Assembly: GCA_965204755.1 (NCBI GenBank) | Contig: OZ242011.1 | Coordinates: 896,001-960,000, forward strand | Reading direction: 5' to 3' | Origin: Candidatus Marinacidobacterium sp. | Lineage (GTDB): Bacteria > Acidobacteriota > Vicinamibacteria > Marinacidobacterales > Marinacidobacteraceae | Length of the DNA: 64,000 nucleotides | Shown here: one piece after another, positions 35,701 through 47,700 of the stretch | Position numbering within the stretch: position 1 is the stretch's first letter | Layout of the letters: each line of letters opens with the position of its first letter | Notes under the pieces: model-generated | The model's input: the letters and a program-made list of their open reading frames with translations, nothing else | What the model was told of the DNA's origin: nothing | Databases searched by the model: none | Program-made: the position numbers and the translations under genes

Positions 35701-38700
35701 TAGCGGAAGACCGGCGAAGTCGTCCCGCCGCCGGAGACATACGCGGCGTAGCGGGTGGCCGCGCCGACGGTGAGCGCGACCCGCGGCGTCCCGGTAACGG
35801 TTACCGGCTCGTCGAAGACCACCGTTACCTCGAGCCGGTCGCCGGCGATGAAGACGCCGTTCGCGCCGTTCGCCGCGCCGGAGAGCCGGACGCCGACCAC
35901 CGACGGGGCGCGGGTGTCGGCCCCGGCGCCGTCCACCACGAAGGCGGCGTCGGCGGCGACGGCGTGCTCACCGAGGTCGAGCGCGGCGGCGTTCCCGGCG
36001 GCGTCGGCGATCGTCCCGCCGGCCGGCGTCAGCGCGGAGGCCGGGACCTCGATCCCGGCCGGGGCTTCGTCCCCCCGGACGACGGCGTAGCGGAAGCGCA
36101 GCGAGTCCGTCCCGCTGCCGGAGACATACGCCGCCCGGCGGGTGTCCTCGCCGACCACCAGCGCCAACCGCGGCGTCCCGGTAACGGTTACCGGCTCGGT
36201 GAACTCCACCACCGCCTCGATCCGGTCGCCGGCGAGGAAGGCGCCGCCGGCGCCCCGCCCGCTGCCGGAGAGCGCCAGCCCGGCCACCGTCGGGCCGACG
36301 CCGTCGGCCAGGTTCGGCACCACGAAGTGGAGGCCGGGGACCGTCCCCAGGCCGAGCGCCGCGGCGTTCCCGTGGGCGTCGGCGATCGTCCCGCCGTTCA
36401 GCGAGAGCGCCGAGGCGCCGACGGTGAAGCCGGCCTGGGTGTCCCCGGCCAGCACCTCGTAGCGGAATTCCAGGGAGGCGGTCCCGCTGCCGGAGACATA
36501 CCCGGCCAGGGTGTCGCCGCCGAAGCCGAGGTCCACCTGCGGGGTCCCGGACACCGTTACCGGCTCGCTGAAGGTGACGGTTACCACGATCTCGTCGCCG
36601 GCGATGAAGACCGGCCCGGTCGCCCGGACGCCCTGCTTGTCGCCGGAGACGACCACGCCGGTGACCGTCGGCGCGACGGCGTCCGCCGCGTCCCCGTCCA
36701 CCTCGAAGTCGTCGTCGTTCGTTACCGCGTGGGCGCCGAGGTCGAGGGAGGCGGCGTTCGGCGTCGGGGTCGCCCGGTCGCGGATCGTCCCGCCGTTCAG
36801 CCCGAGCGCCGAGGCGGCGATCGTGATCCCGTCCGCGTCGGCGTCGGCGCGGACGACGGTGTAGCGGAAGACCAGCGAAGCGGTCCCGCTGCCGGAGGCG
36901 TAGGCGGCGGGGCGGGCGGCGGCCCCGACGGTGAGCGCGAGTTGCGGCGCCCCGGTAACCGTTACCGGTTCGTGGAACGAGACGGTCGCCCGGATCACAT
37001 CGCCGGCGACGAAGACCCCGTCCGCGCCCTGGCCGGTTCCGGAGAGGGACACGCCGGTAACCGTCGGCCCGGTGGCGTCCGCCCCCGCGCCGTTCACCGG
37101 GAAGTCGCCGTCGCTCGCCACCGCGTGGGCGCCGAGGCCGAGCGCGGCGGCGTTGCCGGCGGCGTCGGCGATGCTCCCGCCGTTCAGCGCCAGCGCCGAA
37201 GCGCCGACGGAGACCCCGTCCCGGTCGAAGTCGGCGGCGGCCACGGCGTAGCGGAAGGCGAGCGCGGTCGTCCCGCTCCCGGAGGCGTAGTCCGCCTGCC
37301 GGGTGGCGGCGCCGACGGCGAGCGCCACCCGCGGGGTCCCGGTAACCGTTACCGCTTCGTCGAATTCCACGGTTACGACCAGGGCGTCGCCGGCGACGAA
37401 GAGGCCCCCGGCGCCCCCGCCGGCGCCGCGGAACGGGAGGACGCCCTGCGCCCGCCCGGAGAGGGTCACGCCGACCACCGCCGGCGCCCGGGAGTCGGGG
37501 AAGGCGCCGGCCACCCGGAAGGCGGCGGCGTTCGCCACCGCGTGCGTCCCGAGGCCGAGCGCGGCGGCGTTCCCGGCGGCGTCGGCGATGCTCCCCTCGT
37601 TCAGCGTCAGCGCGGAGGCGGCGACGCCGATCCCGTCGGCGTCGCTGTCCGGGGCGGTCCCGCCGACCACGGTGTAGCGGAAGACCAGGGCGCTCGTCCC
37701 GCTGCCGGAGGCGTAGTCCGCCTGCCGGGTGAAGGTCCCGACCGTGAGCGCCAGCCGCGGGGTCCCGGTAACGGTTACCGGCTCGCTGAAGGAGACCGCC
37801 GCCTCGATCGCGTCGCCCTCGCGGTAGGCGCCGCCGTCGCCCTGCGGGCGGCCGGAGAGGGCCAGCCCGGTAACCGTCGGGGCCACGGCGTCGGTCCCGG
37901 CGCCGGTCACCACCGGCCCGCCGGAGGCGACCGCGTGGGCGCCGAGGCCGATCCCGGCGTCGTTCCCCGCCCGGTCCCGGATCCTCCCGCCGTTCAGCGC
38001 CAGCGCCGAAGCGCCGACGGTGATCCCGTCCGGGGCGGCGTCCCCGGCGGCCACGGCGTAGCGGAAGAGGAGCGACCGCGTCCCGCTGCCGGAGGCGTAG
38101 TCCGCCTGCCGGGCGGCGGCGCCGACGGCGAGGGCCAGCCGCGGCGTCCCGGTAACCGTTACCGGTTCGTGGAACTCCACGGTTACCTCGATCCGGTCGC
38201 CGGCGATGAAGACCCCGTTCGCGCCGCTCGCCGCCCCGGCGACCCGGACCCCGGTAACCGTCGGGGCGACCGCGTCGGGGGCGCTCCCGCGCACCGGGAA
38301 CCGGGGGTCGTTCGCCGCGGCGTGGGCCCCGAGGTCGAGCGCCGCGGGGTTCGGCGGCGCGGCGCCGTCGGTGATCTTCCCGCCGGCGAGGGAGAGCGCG
38401 GAGACCCCGACCCCGTCGGCGTCGGCGTCGCCCCGCGCCACCCGGTAGCGGAAGGTCAGCGCCGTCGTCCCGCCGCCGGAGACATACGCCGCCGACCGGG
38501 AGGCGCGGCCGACCGCCAGCGCCACCCGGGGCGTCCCGGTAACCGTTACCGCTTCGTGGAACTCCACGGTTACCGCGATCCCGTCCCCGGCGATGAAGAC
38601 GCCCCGCGCGCCGTTCGGCGTCCCCGAGAGCGAGACGCCGGTAACCGTCGGGCCCTGCTTGTCCACCGAGTTGCCGAGCACCCGGGAGTCGCCGTCGTTC

Positions 38701-41700
38701 GTTACCGCATGCGCCCCGAGGCCGAGCGCGGCGGCGTTGCCGGCGCGGTCGGCGATCGTCCCGTCGTTCAGCGCGAGCGCCGAGGCGGCGACGGAGAGCC
38801 CGTCGGCGTCGCTGTCCGGGTCGGTCCCGCCGGCCACGGTGTAGCGGAAGACCAGGGCGCCCGTCCCGCTGCCGGAGGCGTAGTCCGCCTGGCGGGTGTT
38901 CGCGCCGACGGTGAGCGCCAACCGCGGCGTCCCGGTAACGGTTACCGGCTCGCTGAACTCGACGGTTACCTCGATCCGGTCGCCGCCGGCGAAGTGGGCG
39001 CCGCCGGCGTCCGAGCCCTGCCGGACGCCGCCGACGGCGAGCCCGGTAACCGTCGGCGCGGCGGCGTCCGCCCCGTCCCCGTCCACCGCCGGGCCGCCGG
39101 CGGTTACGGCGTGGGCGCCCAGCCCGAGCGCCGCGTCGTTCCCCGCGTCGTCCCGGATCGTCCCGCCGTTCAGCGCGAGGGCCGAAGCGAGCACGGTGAG
39201 CCCGTCCGGGTCCTCGTCCGCCGCCGCCGCGGCGTAGCGGAAGCGGAGCGAAGCCGTCCCGCTCCCGGAGGCGTAGGCCGCCGGGCGGGTGTTCGCGCCG
39301 ACTTCGAGCGCGACCTGCGGCGCGCCGGTAACCGTCACCCGCTCGTCGAAGGCCACCGCCACCTCGATCGCGTCGCCGGCGATGAAGACGCCGTTCGCGC
39401 CGGAGGCGCCGCCGGAGACGGTGAGCCCGGTTACCGCCGGCCCCCGGCGGTCGGCGGCGGCGCCGTTCACCCGGAAGCCGGCGGCGTTCGCCACCGCGTG
39501 GGCGCCGAGCGAGAGCGAGGCGGCGTTCCCGGCGGCGTCCCGGATCGTCACGCCGGCCGGCAGGGTGAGCGCCGAGGCCGGGACGCCGATCCCGTCGGCG
39601 TCCCGGTCCCCGGCGGCGACGGCGTAGCGGAAGGTGAGCCGCTTCGTCCCGCTGCCGGAGGCGCGGTAGTCCGCCCGGCGGGCGGCCGCGCCGACGGCGA
39701 GGGCCAACCGCGGGGTCCCGCCGGCGACCGTGACCTCCTCGTGGAACTCGACGGTTGCCTCGATGGCGTCGCCGGCGATGAACGCGCCGTCCGCCGCCTG
39801 CCCGGTCCCGGAGAGCGAGACGCCGGTAACCGCCGGGCCGAGGGTGTCGGGGGAGGCGCCCTGCACCCGGGCGCGGGTGTCTCCCGCCACCGCATGGCGC
39901 GAAAGGCCGAGCGCCGCCGGATTGTCCGCGAGGTCCCGGATGGAGCCGCCGTTCCGGGTGAGCGCCGAGGCGCCGATGCCGATCCCGTTCGCGGCGGCGT
40001 CGGCGGCGACCACGGCGTAGCGGAACTCCAGCGAGGAGGTCCCGCTGCCGCCCGCATACCGGGCTTGCCGGACGCCCGTGACGAGGGTGAGGGCGACCTG
40101 CGGTCTCCCGCTGACCACCACGACTTCGCTGAACGAGACGGTTACCGCGATCTCGTCGCCGGCGATGAATTCCGGGTTGCCGGACGCGCTCCCCTGCGGG
40201 CGGCCGGAGATGGCGAGCCCGGTTACCGTCGGGACGACCCGGTCGCGGGCGCTCCCGTCCACGACGAGGCCGCCGACGACGGCGCCGCCTTCGACCGCGT
40301 GGGCGCCGAGGCCGAGGGAGGCGTCGTTGCCCGAGGAGTCCTCGATGCTCCCGCCGTTCAGCGAAAGCGCCGAGGCCGGGACGGAGACCCCGTCGTCGTC
40401 CCGGTCGTCCGCGGCGACCGCGTAGCGGAAGACCAGCGAAGTCGTCCCGCTCCCGGACTCGTAGGCGGCTTGGCGGGTGTTCGCGCCGACGGCGAGCGCC
40501 AGGCGCGGCGCCCCGGTAACCGCCGCCGGCTCGTCGAACTCCACCGTCGCCTCGATCCGGTCCCCGGCCAGGAAGACGCCGCCGGCGCCCCGGCCGTTTC
40601 CGGAGAGCGCGAGGCCGACCACCGCCGGCCCCCGGCGGTCGGCGGCGGCGCTGTCCACCCGGAAGCCGGCGGCGTCCTCGACGGCGCCGCTCCCCAGGGC
40701 CAGCGCGGCGGCGTTCGTCCCGTCGCCGATCGACCCGCCGTTCAGGGCCAGCGCCGAGGCGCCGACGCTGACCCCGTTCCGGTCGTAGTCCTCCCGGACG
40801 ACGGCGTAGCGGAAGACCAGCGACCTCGTCCCGCTCCCGGAGGCGTAGGCGGCGTAGCGGGTGGCCCGCCCCACGCCGAGGGCCAGCCGCGGGGTCCCGG
40901 TGACGGTTACCGGCTCGGTGAACTCCACGGTCGCCGCGATCGCGTCGCCGGCGATGAACACCCCGCCGGCCCCGTCGGCCCGGCCGGAGAGCGCGAGCCC
41001 GGAGACCGCCGGCGCCACCGAGTCGGCGGCCGACCCGTCCACCCGGAAGCGGCGGTCGTTGTCCACGGCGGCGCCGGGCGGCAGGGGGAGCCGGGCGTTG
41101 TGGGTGACCCGGTCGGTGATCGTCCCGTCGTCCAGGTTGAGCGCGCCGCCGCCGATGGTGACCCCGTCCGGGTCCCGGTCGCCGGCGGCCACGGTGTAGC
41201 GGAAGACCAGCGAAGTCGTCCCGCTGCCGCGCACATAGGGCGCCTGCCGGATCTCCCCGAGGGTGAGGAAGAAGGCCAGCCGGGGCGTCCCGGTAACCAG
41301 TACCGCTTCGCTGAACTCCACCGTGGCCTCGATCGCGTCGCCGGTCGTGTGGACGCCGCCGGCGCCCTGCGGCGCCGGGGCGAGACTCGCCAGGGTGAGC
41401 CCGGTAACCGTCGGCGCCACCGTGTCCCGGGCGCCCCCGTCCACCGCCGGGCCCTCGCCGTCGGCGACCGCGTGGGCGCCGAGGCCGAGGAGGGCGTCGT
41501 TCCCCGCGCCGTCCTTCAGGGTCCCGCCGTTCAGCGAGAGCGCCCCGGCGCCGACGGCGAGGCCGTCCCGGTCCCGGTCCGCCGCCCCGACGGCGTAGCG
41601 GAAGAGGAGCGAGGAGGTCCCGCTGCCGGAGACATACCCGGCCTGCCGCGTGTCCGCGCCGATGGTCAGGGCGGCCTGCGGCGTCCCGGTAACCGTTACC

Positions 41701-44700
41701 GGCTGGTCGAAGTCCACGGTCGCCTCGATCTCGTCGCCGGCGAGGAAGACCCCGCCCGCGCCGTGCGCCCGCCCGCCGACCGTTACCCCGGCCACCGTCG
41801 GCGCCAAGGTGTCCGGGTCGCTGCCCTTCACGACGAAGCCGGCGGCGTTTTCGACGGCGTGGGATCCGAGCGCGAGGGCGGCGGCGTTGCCGGCGGCGTC
41901 GGCGATCGTCCCGCCGTTCAGGGCGAGGGCCGAGGCGCCGATCGAGGGCCCGTCGGGGTCGGCGTCGGCGCGGACCACTTCGTAGCGGAAGACCGGCGAG
42001 TCCGTCCCGCTGCCGGAGGCGTAGGCCGCGTGGCGGGTGTTCGCGCCGACCCCGAGCGCCACCCGCGGCGTCCCGGTAACCGTTACCGGCTCGTCGAAGG
42101 CCACGGTTACCTCGAGGGCGTCGCCGGCGATGTACTTCCCGTTCGCGCCCTGCGCCCCCGGCGCCCCGCCGGCGAGGGTGAGCCCGATCACCGCCGGGCG
42201 GCGGGAGTCGCCCTGGCCGCCGAGCACCACCGTGCCCCGGAGGTCGGAGACGGCATGCGCCCCGAGGTCGAGGTTCGCGGCGTTCCCCGCGGCGTCCGCC
42301 AGCGTCCCGCCGTTCAGCGAGAGCGCCGAGGCGCCGACGCCGACCCCGTTGCCGTCGCTGTCGGAGGCGGCCACGGTGTAGCGGAACTCCAGGGAGGAGG
42401 TCCCGCTGCCGGAGACATACGCCGCCTGGCGGGTGGAAGCGCCGACGGTGAGGGCGGCCTGCGGGGTCCCGGTAACCGTTACCGCTTCGTTGAAGGCGAT
42501 CGTTACGACGATCCGGTCGCCGGCGGTGAAGACCGGGACCCCGGAGGAGACCGCCTGCCGGTCGCCGGAGACGGCGACCCCGGTAACCACCGGGCCGGCG
42601 GCGTCGGCGCCGCCGCCGTCCACCGCCGGGCCGCCGGCGGTTACCGCGTGGGGCCCGAGGTCGAGCGCGGCGTCGTTCCCCGCCCCGTCCCGGATCGTCC
42701 CGCCGGCCAGGGCGAGCGCCGAGGCGGCGACGGTGACCCCGTCCGCGTCCTCGTCGGCGGCGGCGACGAGGTAGCGGAAGAGGAGCGAGGAGGTCCCGCC
42801 GCCGGAGGACTCGTAGTCGGCGTAGCGGGTGGCGGCGCCCACCGAGAGCGCGAGGCGCGGGGTCCCGGTAACCGTTACCGCTTCCCGGAAGTCCACGGTC
42901 GCTTCGAGGATGTCCCCGGCGATGAACGCCCCGTTCGCGCCGTTCGCGAGGCCGGAGAGCGCGAGCCCGGTCACCGGCGGCGCCAGCACATCGGCGCCGC
43001 CGCCGTTCACGACGAGGCCGCCGTCGGTGATGGCGTGGGCGCCGAGGCCGACCGCCGCGTTGTTCCCGGCGGCGTCGGCGATCGAAGCGGCGGTGATCGC
43101 CGTGGCGCTGATCCCGTCCGCGTCGGCGTCGGCGGCCACGACGGTGTAGCGGAAGACCAGCGAAGTCGTCCCGCTCCCGGAGGCGTAGTCCGCCGGCCGG
43201 CTGGCCGCCCCCACCGTCAGGACCACCCTCGCCTGCCCGGTAACCGTTACCGCCTCGTCGAACTCGACGGTCGCCTCGATCAGGTCCCCGGCGACGAACA
43301 CGCCGTTCGCGCCCTGCCCGATCCCGCCTAGGGTCAGCCCGGCAACCGCCGGCGCCCGGACATCGGCGGCGGCGCCGTTGACGATGATGGCGGGGATCGG
43401 CCCCGAGACCCCGGGGGCCAAGGCGGGGACATCGTGGCCGCCGCGGTCCCGGATCGTCGCCGAACCCGGGTCCCACGAATGGGCGCTGACCCCGTCGGCG
43501 TCGGAGTCCCCCGCCTGCACGGTGTAGCGGAACAGCACCACCTCGCCGCCGGAACCCCCGGCGTAGTCGGCGTAGCGGGTCGCCGAACCGACGGTGAGCC
43601 GCACCCGCGGGCTTCCGGTTACGAAGACCGGCTCCGAGAACCGGTACCCGAAGGTGAACGAGTCCCCGGCGACATAGACGCCGCCCGCGCCGTTCGGCCG
43701 GCCCGACGCGCGCCAGTTGAAGCCTTGCGCTGAAATCGTGGGCGGCGTCGCGTCGGCCCCGCTCCCGTCCACCACGACCGCGGGGTGGTCGGTGATCGCG
43801 TGGCGGGAAAGGTCGAGCGAGGCGGCCCGGCCCCCGCCGTCGGTGATCGCCCCGCCGTCCAGGGTCAGCGCCGAGCCGCCGATGCTGATCCCGTCCGCGT
43901 CGGAGTCCTCCGCCCGTACGACATACGAGAAACGCAGCCACCGCCTGGTGGAATTGATCGCGGTCAGGGGCACCTGCCGGGTCGCGCTCCCGATGTCGAG
44001 GGCCAACTGCGGGGTCCCGGTAACCGTCACCGGTTCGTGGAACTCGAGGCGGACAGTGATGTCGTCCCCGGCGATGTAGGTCCCGTTCGCCCCCTGCGTG
44101 GTGTAGGGGTCCAAATGCAGGCTGACGACCGCCGGCCCCGCCGCGTCGGCGGCGGCGCCGTCCACCCGGAAGCCGGTCAGGTCGATCTCCGGGCTGCCGG
44201 TCGTGGAGACCCGGTTGCCGGCGGCGTCCGAGCCCCGCAGTCCGGAGAAATCGAACCGGATGGTCCCGCCGGTGTAGGCGTCGCCCGCGGCGACCGCGTA
44301 GCGGTAGCGGTACCGGTCCGTTGCCCGGCGGGGGGCCGTCCGATAGTCGAATGCCGCCGTCCGCGGAACCCCGTTGGGGAAGGCGAAGGTGAAACTCCCC
44401 TGGCCGAACCGGGGCAGGACCACCGGCTCCGAGAACCGCACCTCCCAGAAGATGAAGTCGCCGGCGGTGAAGACGCCGCCGGCGCCGTTGCCGAACCCGC
44501 CGGGGGTCACCGAGAGGATCGTCGGGGCCACCGTGTCGGAGAGCGACCCGTTCACCGGGAAGGCGGCGGCGGCGGTGAGCGCGTGGGTTCCCAGGCCGAG
44601 CGCGGCGGCGTTGCCGGCGGCGTCGGCGATCGACCCGCCGTTCAGGGTGAGCGCGGAAGCGCCGACGCCGATCCCGTCGGAGTCGGAGTCCCCCGACGCC

Positions 44701-47700
44701 ACGGCGTAGCGGAAGGTGAGCGAAGCGGTCCCGCTGCCGGAGACATAGGCCGCCTGGCGGGTGAGGGCGCCGACGGTGAGCGCCAACTGCGGGGTCCCGG
44801 TAACCGTTACCGGCTCGCTGAAGGCGACCGCGGCTTCGATCCGGTCGCCTTCCCGGTAGGCGCCGTCGGCGCCCTGCGGGGCGCTGCCGGAGAGGGTGAG
44901 CCCGGTTACCGTCGGCGCGGTCCCGTCCGTTCCGGCGCCGTTGACGACCAGGTCGCCGTCGGTGATCGCGTGGGCCCCGAGGCCGAGCGCGGCGGCGTTG
45001 CCCGTGCTGTCGGCGATCGACCCGCCGTTCAGCGCGAGCGCGGAAGCGCCGACGCCGATCCCGTTCGGGTCGGCGTCCCCGGCGGCGACGGTGTAGCGGA
45101 AGACCAGCGAACTCGTCCCGCTGCCCGAGGCGTAGGCGGCCCGGCGGGCGGCGCTCCCGACCGCGAGGGCCAGCCGGGGCGTCCCGGTAACCGTCGCCGC
45201 CTCGTGGAACTCGACGGTCGCCTCGATCTCGTCGCCGGCGATGAAGACCCCGTTCGCGCCGCTCGCCGTCCCGCCCAGCGTCAACCCGACGACCCCCGGC
45301 CCGACCCGGTCCGCGGCGGTCCCGTCCACATGGAAACCGCGCCGCTCGACCCGGTGGCCGGCGAGCAGGTCCACGGCGTTGCCGGCGCGGTCCCGGACCG
45401 TCGACGAGGCGGTGATCTCGGCGACCAGCGGCCCGCCGGCGGAGTACGAGTCGCCCGACTGGACGGTGGAGCGGAAGCGGAGCCGGGAGGTGCCCGATCC
45501 CGAGTGGTAGCCCGCGACCCGGGTCGGCGGGTCGAGGCTCAATCGGTAAGTCATCCTCGGCGACCCGGCAACCGTCACCGGCTCCGAGAACCGGGCCTCC
45601 CAGACGATCACATCGCCGGCGATGAAGACCCCGTTCGCGCCGTTGGGCGTCCCGCCCGGAACGATGTGGGTGAGCGTCGGGCGGACCGTGTCCGAGAGCG
45701 AGCCGTTCACGACGAAGCCGGAGGCGTTCGCCACCGCGTGGGTCCCGAGGTCGAGGGCGGCGGCGTTGCCGTCCCGGTCGGCGATGCTCCCGCCGTTCAG
45801 CCCCAGGGCGGAGGCGCCGACGCCGATGCCGTCCGCGTCGGCGTCGGAGGCCACCACCGCGTAGCGGAAGACCAGCGAAGTCGTCCCGCCGCCGGAGGCG
45901 TAGGCCGCCGCCCGGGCGGCGGCGCCGACGGTGAGCGTCAACTGCGGGGCGCCGGCGACGGTTACCGGCTCGCTGAAGGTGACCGCCGCTTCGAGGACAT
46001 CGCCGGCGATGTACGCCCCGGCGGCGCCCTGCGGCGAGCCGGCGGCGAGGGTCAGGCCGGTTACCGTCGGGGCGACGGTGTCCCGGAGGCTGCCGTCCAC
46101 CGCCGGGCCGCCGCCCTCGGTCGCGTGGTCGCCGAGGCCCCGGGAGGCGGCGTTCCCGGCGGCGTCGGCGATCGTCCCGCCGCCCGGCGCGAGCGCCGAG
46201 GCGCCGATCCCGTCCGCGTCGGCGTCGCTCGCCCGGACGGCGTAGCGGAAGACCAGGCGGGTCGTCCCGCTGCCGGAGGCGTAGTCGGCGTGGCGGACCG
46301 CGCTCCCGACGGCCAGCGCGAGCCGCGGCGTCCCGGTAACCGCCGCCGGTTCGTGGAACTCCACGGTCGCCTCGATCTCGTCGCCCCGGAGGAAGACCCC
46401 GTTCGCGCCCCGCGCCGTCCCGCCGAGGGTCACCCCGACCACCTTCGGGCCGACCACATCCGCGAGCGACCCGTCCACCCGGAACCCGGCCGGCAGGGAG
46501 TGGGCGCCGCCGACGGGGTTCGCGTCGTTGCCCCCCTGGTGGGTCTCGCGGTCCTTGATCCGGTTCGCGTTGTCGGTTACCAGCGTGTCGGGGATCGTCC
46601 CGGAGGAGTACCGGTCGGCCGCCTGCGTCACATAGCGGAAGCGGAGGAGGGTGGAGCCGGAGCCGGAGAGGTAGTCCGCTTCCCGCGCCGTCCCGCCGCC
46701 GAGGGTGAACCGGTAGCGCGGCGAGCCGACCACCAGCACCGGCTCGTCGAAGCCGATCTCCCAGTAGAGGGCGTCCCCGGCGGTGAAGACCCCGCCGGCG
46801 CCGGAGGGGATCCCGCCGGGGGTCTTGACGGTCATGCTCGGGCGGCGCGGGTCCTGGCTGTTCGCGTTGATCGAGAAGTCGCCCCGGTTCGTGAAGGCGT
46901 GCGCTCCGAGACCCAGCGCCGCCGCGTGGTTCGCGGCGTCCCGGATCGTCCCGCCGTTCAGGGTCAGCGCCGAGGCGCCGATGCTGATCCCGTCGAAGTC
47001 GAAAAGGGCGCCGCGCGGGATGTCCCAGTGGAACCGCAGCGTCGTCCCGCCGCTGCCGGATGCATAGGGGGCCGGGAGCGTCCCCCGGAAGTTGTTGGGG
47101 TTGGTGTCACCCAGGGTTATCGCGACCTGCGGGGTCCCGGTAACCGTTACCGGCTCGCTGAACGCGACCGCCACCACGATGGTCTCGTAAGCGCCATAGA
47201 CGCCGGCGGAGAAATGCGGCGGCCGGAGCGAGGAGAGCGAGACGCCGGTTACCACCGGCGCGACGGCGTCGGCGTTCGCCCCGGCCACCGGGAAGCCGGC
47301 GGCGTCGGGGATCGCGCCGAGGGCGAGCGCCGCGGCGTTGCCGGCGGCGTCCCGGATCGTCCCGCCGCCGAGGGTGAGCGCCGAGGCGGGGACCGCCACC
47401 CCGTTCGGGTCGGCGTCCCCGGCGGCGACGGTGTAGCGGAACACCAGCGAGGCCGTCCCGCTGCCGAGCGCGTAGGCGGCCTGCCGGGTGGCGGCGCCGA
47501 CGGCGAGCGCCACCCGGGGGGTCCCGGTAACCGTTACCGGCTCGTCGAACTCCACGGTTACTTCGAGGTCGTCGCCGGCGATGAACCGCCCGTTCGCGCC
47601 CTCCGGGCGGCCCCCGAGGCGCGCGCCGGCGACCGCCGGGCGGCGGGCGTCCGTCCCGCCCCCGGCCACCGCCGGGCCGCCGGCGGTTACGGTGCGCGTC

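Noticed and set aside
23540-43941. Long Arg-rich minus-strand ORFs (23540..33292, 35968..43941, and the first ~1800 aa of 33102..57242)
   Set aside because: Off-frame readings of the adhesin with poly-Arg/Gly/Pro composition typical of shifted high-GC sequence.
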